Assembly: GCA_964626665.1 (NCBI GenBank)
Contig: CAZVGK010000007.1
Location: forward strand, 1 to 64,000
From: an uncultured Gemmatimonadota bacterium
GTDB taxonomy: Bacteria; SM23-81; DAOVCL01
Reading direction: 5' to 3'
DNA length: 64,000 nt
This document shows positions 46,605 through 54,757 of this stretch, one piece after another. Under the pieces are notes generated by a model that ran no database searches, was not told where the DNA came from, and was given only the letters and a program-made list of their open reading frames with translations. The position numbers and the translations under genes are program-made. How positions within the stretch are numbered: the stretch's first letter is position 1; each line of letters opens with the position of its first letter.

Positions 46605-48644
46605 GTGGCTTTAAAAATTAAAGAATGGAAGGTTTTCCTCAAAACCGGTTTATTATTTCTTCTTCTCCTCCAGGTCTTCACCGCTTGTTCGGTGAAGAAG
46701 CCGGAGTCCCCTTCCTGGGATATAAATGTTATCCTCCCCCTGATGAACAAAACCTACAAGATGCCCAAGATAGCCGGAGATGAGGACTACCTCTCCATTA
46801 TTGGCGATAGCCTCTTTTTCTCCCTGAGGGATACCCTGTCTGGCTTTAGGGTGGATGATAACCTCACGATCGATCCCACCACCAAGGGGTATCGTAAGGA
46901 GTTGGGATCTATAAAAGTCAGTGGAGCCCAGGCCGATACGGTAAATGTTAGACTGACGGAGGTCAATCCTTCCTTGGGTCAGTTTCAGGGGATGAGTATC
47001 CCTATAGATCCCTTCACTTTTCCACCTTTGGAGAAGAAGAGCAGGTTCAGCACCTTCGATTATGTAACAGTGGACAGCGGATACTTTAGGGTAAATCTAA
47101 TCAACCACTTCCCCTTTCCCCTGGAGAATATGGTAATCTCTGTTACCGATAGCACCAGTGGAATAACCGTTGGAGAGTTGAACTTCGCTGGCCTTATCGA
47201 CCCAGAGGAGGAAGCTATTGACTCCCTTGATTTGGAGGGCCAAACCATCCATTCCATCCAGATCCTGGGTATCTCCGGGCGAACACCCGGAACCAATGGA
47301 GAATCTGTCCATATCGACACCCTCACCCAGATGATCGACCTCATGCCCAGCATCTCCAACCTTAAGGTGAGCGAGGCGCAAGCCCAGATCCCCCCTCAGA
47401 TGATAACCAAGGTCGATTCAATCGAAGTAGAGAGCGACAATCTCATCCAGGAGGCGGTGATAGAGGAAGGGAACATCCACTTTAACTTATTGAGTGAACT
47501 CAAACTGAGTGGCAAGGCAACACTTACCCTTTTGGACTTTAGTAAAGAGGGCTCTACTTTTTCCGACTCCCAGGGGATAGAAGAGTATGGTAGCATCTCG
47601 AGGGATATCTCCCTGGATAAGTGTATTTTTCGCCCCATCAGCTTGGATAAACCTCAGTTTATCCGTTTTAGGGTAGAGGTGAAAACAGACGATACAGGAG
47701 ATGAGAAGGTTTATGTCTCCAGTTCACAGACAATCAGGGGTAATGTAGAGAGTAGTCGGATAATTTTCTCCCGCTTTGCTGGGGTCCTGGAGCCAACCAG
47801 GATAAGAATGGAACCTGAGGAGCTGTTGCTTGACCTGCCCAAAGGCTTGAAGGCGATTTCCCTCTCCACCGTCAGGATGGATCTGGAGGTGAGAAACGGA
47901 GTCAACTTTCCTTTGGAACTCGATTCCCTATGTTTACAGGGATATGACCAGGAAGGCCTCCCCTTAGAGGAGCTAACTATACCGCCGGGCCAGGAGTATG
48001 TCCCTCCTGAGGCAGAAAAAACCATCCCGTTCACTAGGGATAACAGCAACATAGTCCCTTTTGCCAACTCCCTGCCCAGGAGGATCGAAACCCAGGGTAG
48101 CATTGTGGTAGGGGGTAGGGGATACAATGGTGATGCCGAGAGCTCTGATACAGTCCTCATCAGCTACCACATTTGGTCTCCGCTGGAGCTCATCCTTTGG
48201 CCCCAAACCATAGAGGGAGGCACCACCAGGGTAGAGATCGGGGAGGATACCAGGGATTTTGTTAAGAACCGTCTCCAATCGGGGGCAATCATCTCCGAGG
48301 TAATGAATCATCTCCCCTTAGGGGCCTCAGTTACTTACTACTTCGATCCTGACTCCACCAATCTGGACAGCGGGGCTTCCCTTATTATCCCAACCCCCCC
48401 AGACAGCCTTGAGCTAAAACCAGGCCATACCGATGCATCTGGGATAGTTGATCGGGCCGTAAAAAGCAAGCTCTCCATCCACCTCAGCCATCAGGACCTC
48501 CAGGTCTTTCAGGATTCACTTCTCTTCCTGCGCACCAAGATAGGGATCCCCGGCACCCAGGGAAAGTCGATAAAGATCTGCCCCGGAGATTACCTGCGGA
48601 TAACCGCCAGGCTGGAGGTAGGAGCCAGACTGGGGAAGGATTAG
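46605..48644 (+). CDS. Large hypothetical lipoprotein, partner of the downstream barrel
   Basis: Lipobox FTAC followed by PSWDINVILPL; start uncertain (GTG 46605 preferred). Confidence 0.75.
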   Translation: MALKIKEWKVFLKTGLLFLLLLQVFTACSVKKPESPSWDINVILPLMNKTYKMPKIAGDEDYLSIIGDSLFFSLRDTLSGFRVDDNLTIDPTTKGYRKELGSIKVSGAQADTVNVRLTEVNPSLGQFQGMSIPIDPFTFPPLEKKSRFSTFDYVTVDSGYFRVNLINHFPFPLENMVISVTDSTSGITVGELNFAGLIDPEEEAIDSLDLEGQTIHSIQILGISGRTPGTNGESVHIDTLTQMIDLMPSISNLKVSEAQAQIPPQMITKVDSIEVESDNLIQEAVIEEGNIHFNLLSELKLSGKATLTLLDFSKEGSTFSDSQGIEEYGSISRDISLDKCIFRPISLDKPQFIRFRVEVKTDDTGDEKVYVSSSQTIRGNVESSRIIFSRFAGVLEPTRIRMEPEELLLDLPKGLKAISLSTVRMDLEVRNGVNFPLELDSLCLQGYDQEGLPLEELTIPPGQEYVPPEAEKTIPFTRDNSNIVPFANSLPRRIETQGSIVVGGRGYNGDAESSDTVLISYHIWSPLELILWPQTIEGGTTRVEIGEDTRDFVKNRLQSGAIISEVMNHLPLGASVTYYFDPDSTNLDSGASLIIPTPPDSLELKPGHTDASGIVDRAVKSKLSIHLSHQDLQVFQDSLLFLRTKIGIPGTQGKSIKICPGDYLRITARLEVGARLGKD

Positions 48645-48648
48645 CGCT

Positions 48649-50652
48649 ATGATAAAGAAGATAATCCTATTTTCCCTGCTTTTTTTCTCCTTAACCTGTG
48701 GTAAGGCCTGGTCATTCCTGGGATTTCAGGCCAGAAGCTTAGGGATGGCCGGGGCTTACTCGGCCATAGCCAGAGGGGAGGAGTCGGTCTACTTTAACCC
48801 TGCCAACCTGGGTCTCTCAGATGGCCCCAGCTTCTCCCTTTCCTTTCCCTCCTTTGGCCTTGGCCTGGGAAACAACAGCTTTACCCTCTCCGATTACAAC
48901 CGCTACAACGGCAGCTACCTCTCGGATGGGAACAAGAGGACCATCTTACGCAAGATACCCTCAGCGGGCCTCTCTCTGGATAGCGGAACCGAAATCGGGC
49001 TTCTTGGCCTCTCCTACAAAAACTATGCATTCTTCATTCAAGGCTCAGGGGCAACCTATATCACCCTACCTCGTGACCCCTTTGAACTTATCCTCTACGG
49101 GAACGAACTGAACAGGTCATACGAGATCGGCGATGTCGATGGGGAGGCCTTGGCCCAAGCAACCGCAGGTTTCTCTGCGGCTAAACGAATTAACCTTAAG
49201 GGGTTTAACGAATTCAGCGTAGGGGCGAGTCTGAAGTATCTCAGGGGACTATACTATGCAGAGGTGACCAGGTCAGGGGGGAGCATATTGACCACGGAGA
49301 GCTCGATTGAGGGGGAGGGGGAGATAGTCTATCGTCACGCTCAGGGCGGACAGGGGTTTGGTCTGGATTTTGGCGCTGCCGGCTCCTTCGGCAGGGGCTG
49401 GACAGTAGGACTAACCCTCTTCAACCCCTGGGGGTCCATCAAATGGAGCAGAGAAACCGAGGAGGGTTTTTTCACCTTTAAGGCTGAATCCTTAACCGTC
49501 AGCTCAACCAATAAGGATACCCTGGTGACTTCAGATGATTCCAGCTATGAGATCGGTTCCTTCAGATTACATCTCCCCTCTTACCTGAAAATGGGGGTTT
49601 CTCGCCGTTTTCGCAAGTTCCTCCTTGGCTTTGACTACGAGCAGGGGTTTAGAAACACAGCGGGAGTAAGCACCACACCAAGGCTGGCGGCTGGGGTCGA
49701 ATATAACCTCTTGAAGTGGCTGCCCCTAAGGGGAGGTCTGGCCATAGGGGGGAGGGAGGGATTCAACAGCGCGCTTGGTCTGGGCCTCCATTTAGGAAGC
49801 TTCCAGTTGGATGTCTCCACATCCAGCAGAGGACTGGTCTTTACCCCCTGGAGTAAAGGGATTGGCTTAGCTGCCTCCTTTGGCCTCAGATTTGGCAAAA
49901 CTCCCCAGGCCATCACTGATCAGGACAAGGATGGCATCCCAGATAACCTTGACCTCTGTCCACTCCAGCCTGAAGATCTCGATGATTTTGAGGATACCGA
50001 CGGATGTCCAGACCCAGATAACGATAAAGATGGCATCCCTGACATCTCCGACAAATGCCCCAACGAGCCTGAGGACATCGATGGCTACCAGGATACCAAC
50101 GGTTGCCCCGACCCGGATAACGACCGGGATGGGGTCTTAGATGTGCAGGACAATTGTTCCAATGAAGCAGGCCCAGCCTCCCATCAGGGCTGCCCTATAC
50201 CTGCGGATTCTGATAGTGACGGAGTGCTGGACCCTGATGACCACTGCCCCCACACCCCAATGGGGGTGAAGGTAGACAGGTATGGATGCCCCACTGCAGG
50301 CAAGATCGTGGGGAAGATGGTGCTGGAAGGAGTGAATTTTGCCTCTGGGAAGGCTAAATTTGCCCCTGGCTCAGAGACCAAGTTGGATGAACTATATGAG
50401 TCTCTGAGAGCCTATCCTGAGATAAGGATAGAGATCCAGGGATATACGGACAGTCGGGGGAGAGCCGAGGCCAACAAGACCCTTTCCCAGAAGAGGGCAG
50501 AGGCAGTGATGAACTATCTGATTAACAAAGGGATAGCCTCTTACAGGCTCAAGGCTGTAGGTTATGGGGAGGCCAACCCCATTGCCAGCAACAAGACCAA
50601 AGCTGGCCGTGCCACAAACAGGAGAGTAGAGATCCAGGTATTCCAACAATAG
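48649..50652 (+). CDS. Outer-membrane barrel (DUF5723/TraF-like) fused to TSP3 repeats and OmpA domain
   Basis: ARSLGMAGAYSAIARG..SVYFNPANL, GFGLDFG, WLPLRGG; C-terminal ~240 aa paralogous to 43573-44301. Confidence 0.85.
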   Translation: MIKKIILFSLLFFSLTCGKAWSFLGFQARSLGMAGAYSAIARGEESVYFNPANLGLSDGPSFSLSFPSFGLGLGNNSFTLSDYNRYNGSYLSDGNKRTILRKIPSAGLSLDSGTEIGLLGLSYKNYAFFIQGSGATYITLPRDPFELILYGNELNRSYEIGDVDGEALAQATAGFSAAKRINLKGFNEFSVGASLKYLRGLYYAEVTRSGGSILTTESSIEGEGEIVYRHAQGGQGFGLDFGAAGSFGRGWTVGLTLFNPWGSIKWSRETEEGFFTFKAESLTVSSTNKDTLVTSDDSSYEIGSFRLHLPSYLKMGVSRRFRKFLLGFDYEQGFRNTAGVSTTPRLAAGVEYNLLKWLPLRGGLAIGGREGFNSALGLGLHLGSFQLDVSTSSRGLVFTPWSKGIGLAASFGLRFGKTPQAITDQDKDGIPDNLDLCPLQPEDLDDFEDTDGCPDPDNDKDGIPDISDKCPNEPEDIDGYQDTNGCPDPDNDRDGVLDVQDNCSNEAGPASHQGCPIPADSDSDGVLDPDDHCPHTPMGVKVDRYGCPTAGKIVGKMVLEGVNFASGKAKFAPGSETKLDELYESLRAYPEIRIEIQGYTDSRGRAEANKTLSQKRAEAVMNYLINKGIASYRLKAVGYGEANPIASNKTKAGRATNRRVEIQVFQQ

Positions 50653-50659
50653 AAGATCT

Positions 50660-51104
50660 AGCGCAGCTTCGCCTCAAACCGACGAGGCGGGAAGCCTGCC
50701 CCGTGGGTAGTTTCACACCCTACGGGGCAAGTAAGGAAATCCTAAATCCGAATATCGAAATCCGAGACAAATCCCAATTCACCCCGTTAGATAGACAATT
50801 CTTTATCTAACGGGGTGAACCAAATTCCAAATTCTCTAAACTAAGAACCCTTTGCCAAAAGCAGGTTTGCCTCAGGCTGCTTTCCACATTTGAATTTCGA
50901 TGTTGCTCGCCCCGTTAAGTAGCTGGTTTTTCATTAGAACTCCTTGTGGTGAAAATTAGCAAAACCAGGGGAATCACTTACTGACGCATAAATAGATACT
51001 TAACGGGGTAAAAATTTCGTGCTTCGAATTTAAAGGCAGCAGGGTTTATTGTTCAGCCCAAAACCTGACACAAATTTTAAGATCTTGCCTTATGAAGCCA
51101 GCTA
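50660..51104 (+). repeat. Dispersed repeat scaffold carrying three nested ccccgt...acgggg palindromes
   Basis: Aligns with reverse complement of 5106-5367 except for hairpins at ~50697-50729, ~50778-50819, ~50910-51008. Confidence 0.75.
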
Positions 51105-51669
51105 GACATAGCGCAACAAGGCCGCAACCAAACAACAGCCACGGATTACACGGATAGAACATTCACCCTGCACTTATATTAAGTGCAGGGCAGGTGACAC
51201 GAATGGATGAATCTACACTAATAGATAGTTGTATAAATGCACCCCCTACATTTCTACCCGGCTTTAGCCCATTTGGAATGCTGTGACCGTGTCACAGCAT
51301 GCGTCAACAGGGTTGACGCACTCTATATAAGGGCCTAAAGGCCCTGAACCCGCACTAAAGTGCGGTAGAAGTCTTCTACTCATCACAACCTGATAAACCT
51401 TGTCAAAAAAACAAGATCTTGCAAGATTGCAGTACAGCGGAGTAAGCAATCGGCTACGCGACTTATCAGGTGGTCATTCAGGACTTAAATTAGGTAGACC
51501 CTCCCCTTGGTATAATTAGGACGCAGATTTTCGCCGATAACCGCAGAAAATTAAAATCTTGACAATCTGCGTTCACCCCGTTAGATAAGATGTTAAAACT
51601 CATTAAATTTGATAAAAGACCTAATCTAATTATCTAACGGGGTTTATCTGCGTCCAAAAAAGGAATTTC

Positions 51670-51954
51670 CTATGCTTTCCAGTTACGCGCCCCATGCACG
51701 ACTCCAGTAATCCAGACTTCATTGCCTTCAAGCCGATACATAATACGATAGGGTCTGTAAATGATTTCTCGGCAGGATTGATTGCCAATTTCAGGTATTA
51801 CACGTCCAGAGAAGGGAAATTCCTGCAAACGATCCGTAACTTCCAATAACCGAGCTACAAAAAGAGTCGCTTGGTCAACAGAATCTCTCGCGATATATTC
51901 CGCGATAGAATTGACATCATCTAATGCAGATGGTGCCCAAATTACTTTGCCCAT
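51670..51954 (-). CDS. RelE/ParE-family toxin
   Basis: VIWAPSALDD...YIARDS...L..FP.SGRV.PE...REII..PYRIMY...V.HGAR. Confidence 0.88.
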   Translation of the reverse strand: MGKVIWAPSALDDVNSIAEYIARDSVDQATLFVARLLEVTDRLQEFPFSGRVIPEIGNQSCREIIYRPYRIMYRLEGNEVWITGVVHGARNWKA

Positions 51955-52124
51955 TTTTGCAGCTTCTGCTTTGCCTCTTCGTGTGAAATGCCCTTCCCCT
52001 CTTGAACTTCACGTTCACCATGTTCAAACTTGATCTTGATGTACAGCGCATGGATAATGTCATCCATGGTTGCCTCATCTGGCAGAGTATCAATTACCTG
52101 TTTGGCTATGTCTTTAATGGCCAT
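51942..52124 (-). CDS. Antitoxin partner of ParE
   Basis: IDTLPDEATMDDIIHALY...G..ISHEEAK; overlaps toxin start. Confidence 0.82.
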   Translation of the reverse strand: MAIKDIAKQVIDTLPDEATMDDIIHALYIKIKFEHGEREVQEGKGISHEEAKQKLQKWAK

Positions 52125-52193
52125 TTTATCCCTCCTTGTGGTGAAACCCCAGATATAATACCTAAGTTCCGCATTGCCAGACCCTTTTTAACC

Positions 52194-52227
52194 ATCTAAC
52201 AACCACGCTATAGGGTGCAGTGGAGTA
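52194..52227 (-). other. Degenerate right half of an integron attC site
   Basis: Minus strand tactccactgcaccctatagcg-tggttGTTAGAT ending in a GTTRRRY core upstream of the ParE module. Confidence 0.5.
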
Positions 52228-52432
52228 AAGTAAATTCCACAAGATCAGTATCAGTGCTTGGAAAATATTTGACCCTCATTTTCTAATCCTCCTTAAAAGA
52301 CCTATCGAAAAAGGCATTATGTACTGCTTCTCCATCCTCTAACAAGACAACTCTCAGATACTTATCCTCCTCTGATATTTTTGCCAACTTCTTAATCCTT
52401 CCATCCGATTGGACTTCAGTTTTCGCAGGGTT
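52228..52432 (-). pseudogene. Remnant TA pair: 5'-truncated toxin-like gene plus 3'-truncated DUF2283-like antitoxin
   Basis: 52283-52432 reads NPAKTEVQSDGRIKK...LRVVLLEDGEAVHNAFFDRSFKED*; ATG 52279 gives MRVKYFPSTDT. Confidence 0.65.
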
Positions 52433-52468
52433 GCGGAATAGCGATCAGGTGCAGCGATTTCTTAGGCC
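52433..52468 (-). other. Left half of an integron attC site
   Basis: Minus strand GGCCTAAgaaatcgctgcacctgatcgctattccgc overlapping the toxin stop; matches gcctaacaaggcgctgcacctgaccgc at 60587. Confidence 0.6.
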
Positions 52469-52726
52469 AATTCCCGTAGTAATCTGTCATATTCAGGATG
52501 AGTACCAATCCAAAACCAGATTAAACCCTCATCTATTTCCACTGCCAGAGTTCGGTGCTTTCTGCCTACTCTGGCCGACCAGTACTTACCAGCTTTCTTG
52601 AGATGTAAAGTAAGGATGTTTAGGGTTAGTTTTAAGAAGCTTGAAATTCTTATCTGCCAAGTCCTGAACAGATGATGGTAGTTGTTCATAGCAGGTCCAA
52701 AATGACGGATTAGCAAAGTGTTTCAT
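52462..52726 (-). pseudogene. RelE/HigB-like toxin with a single-base frameshift
   Basis: MKHFANPSFW.CYEQLP..VQ.LADKNF.LLK.NP.HP, extra base near 52610, then LHLKKAGKYWSARVG...WFWIGTH.EYD. Confidence 0.82.
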
Positions 52727-52923
52727 AACTCTTTGCACTTACCAGCCCGAAAGTCCGTTATGGCTTTATTGGCCAATTTCTCAAGCTTTCCTGATTGGAC
52801 ATCTTCCTCAAACTGGTTATCCCATATTTTTGCCTCAAACTCCTCAAACCATTCCCTCAAAGCCGCTAAGTCATCTTTTGGTAGCTGAGTAATTGCTTTT
52901 TCAATTTCCTGTACTGTATTCAT
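52723..52923 (-). CDS. Antitoxin partner of the frameshifted toxin
   Basis: MNTVQEIEKAITQLP...WD.QFE.D...GKL; GGAGG RBS; ATGA overlap with toxin. Confidence 0.82.
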   Translation of the reverse strand: MNTVQEIEKAITQLPKDDLAALREWFEEFEAKIWDNQFEEDVQSGKLEKLANKAITDFRAGKCKEL

Positions 52924-53084
52924 CTGTATATCACCTCCTATGGGGCCTAACTTAACTTTTAAGCCGTATAAATCGCCAAAAAATACTTGATATAGCGTAT
53001 ATCTGTAAAAATTGTAGCCTAATCCCAAATTTTCTTTTATCTCTTCCAAGAAATTCTTATGTTATTACTAAATCATCGAGAATG

Positions 53085-53223
53085 CCCCGCAGCTTGCTGC
53101 GGGGATGAATCGTGAGGTGGAGGGGTAAGCAGCGTCTTTAGGCGCTGCAAAGCAAATTCGAGTGACAAAGGTGCGAGAATTTGCATCACAGATACCCCGC
53201 AGCTCTGCTGCGGGGAGATTCAT
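53085..53223. mobile_element. Twin-hairpin non-autonomous element resembling IS200/IS605 ends
   Basis: Two ccccgcagc-loop-gctgcgggg hairpins (53085-53104, 53195-53215) with no transposase between. Confidence 0.5.
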
Positions 53224-53612
53224 TCCCTGCATGTTTCTGCATTTTTTCAATATACTAATTTCCCTTGGATGTGACAAGGATAAAATATGGGTAACCTGAC
53301 TTAGAACTCCCAAAGACTATGCCATAGGGTGACGACAATAATACCCGTCAATGGCTCCTACACCCGGATTATTCATAAATTTTAGCCACGAAGACACCAA
53401 GCATGTCCTGAGCGAAGTTGAAGGATCACTAAAAATATAAAACATAAGAGAGTCGACCTGTTTAGTTTGTGCACTTTTCTTGTAACCTATATTTTATCAA
53501 CACTTTAGGGCTTAGTGTCTTTGTGGCATATGAATCATTCAGGCTAATAGAAAATGCAGCCGAACGATCAGTTTTCTGAAGCCTTGAAGACGAAGGTTCT
53601 ATCTGGGATGGA

Positions 53613-54293
53613 TTAAGATTTCTTTATTTTAGCCATATAATCCTCCACCTTCCTCCTTAGTGCATCCTCCGGGGAGAGCCCCAAAATCCGTGCCAGGCTC
53701 ACCAAGGAGAAGAGCAAAGCACCCAAACTCCCCTCCTCCGCATCGACATCTCCCCTCCGAACAACCTCCCTTAATTCGGACAACTTTCCCTCAACTTCCT
53801 TATATAACCCTTCAGTTTTGCCTTGGTCGGCCTTTACCCTGGAAAGCTTCTCCTGCACCCTGAAGGCTTTAAGAAGGGCAGGGAGGCTCTTGGGGACGCC
53901 GTCCAGAATTGTCCCTTCCCTTTCCTCTCCCTTTATCTTCTCCCAATTTTTCAAAACCTCCTGAGAGTTTCTCACCTTTACCTGACCGAAGACATGGGGA
54001 TGTCTTCTGATCAGCTTCTTCACTATCCCATCAATTACCTCATAGATATCGAACTTCCCTTCCTCCCTGGCCATCTGGGAGTGAAAGACGATCTGCAGCA
54101 GGAGATCCCCCAACTCCTCCTTAAACTTCTCATCATCCCCGGAATCAATGGTCTCTAAGACCTCATAGGTCTCCTCCAAAAGGTATGGTCTGATGCTTTG
54201 ATGGGTTTGCTCTCTGTCCCAGGGGCATCCCCCAGGGCCCCTGAGTGTGGCCATTAATTCCACTAATTGGGTAAATTTACCCTCTTCCTCCAA
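53613..54293 (-). CDS. mazG: Nucleoside triphosphate pyrophosphohydrolase MazG
   Basis: LRGPGGCPWDREQTH, EETYE, EELGDLLLQ, KLIRRHPHVF, LPAL; probable TTG start 54293 after GAGGAGG. Confidence 0.92.
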   Translation of the reverse strand: MEEEGKFTQLVELMATLRGPGGCPWDREQTHQSIRPYLLEETYEVLETIDSGDDEKFKEELGDLLLQIVFHSQMAREEGKFDIYEVIDGIVKKLIRRHPHVFGQVKVRNSQEVLKNWEKIKGEEREGTILDGVPKSLPALLKAFRVQEKLSRVKADQGKTEGLYKEVEGKLSELREVVRRGDVDAEEGSLGALLFSLVSLARILGLSPEDALRRKVEDYMAKIKKS

Positions 54294-54721
54294 GTTCCCT
54301 CCTCTATAACAGTTCACCACGGAATCTCACGGAGAAAGCAATTAAAATTGAGAATTAAACCTTCCTGCCATCAGGAGAGGACTTCTGATGAGGGGATGAA
54401 AATAGGAATTGGAAAATGGAAATTCCCTGAACTGGTAGGTCCCTCATCTAGCGGCTCTGAGGAATCCTTCTACCGCACTTTAGTGCAGGGTCCGTTTCCG
54501 TCAGGGCAGGAGCCCAGACGGCACACCCTCAGCTAAAGCCGGGTAGAAAGGGTTCTGCCACCTCAATCCATTTTCGGTGCCTGATGTTATGAATAATATG
54601 TGTTGTTTATCCTGTCTAAAAACGTAATTTCCTATAAGGTAGGGCAGTTGACGAATTGCTCCTACAACCTATGCAGGCCAATATATCTATTTGAGGCTTC
54701 AGAGGCAAGGGCAAAAAGGGC

Positions 54722-54750
54722 TTGATTTAGAGGATGTAATTTAATATATA
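54722..54750 (+). promoter_or_regulatory. Putative sigma70 promoter of alr
   Basis: TTGATT-17 bp-TATATA just upstream of alr. Confidence 0.35.
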
Positions 54751-54757
54751 AAGGGAG

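Noticed and set aside
51420-51480. Possible further attC fragment downstream of parE
   Set aside because: Only a weak ttactccgctg resemblance on the minus strand, with no core sites.
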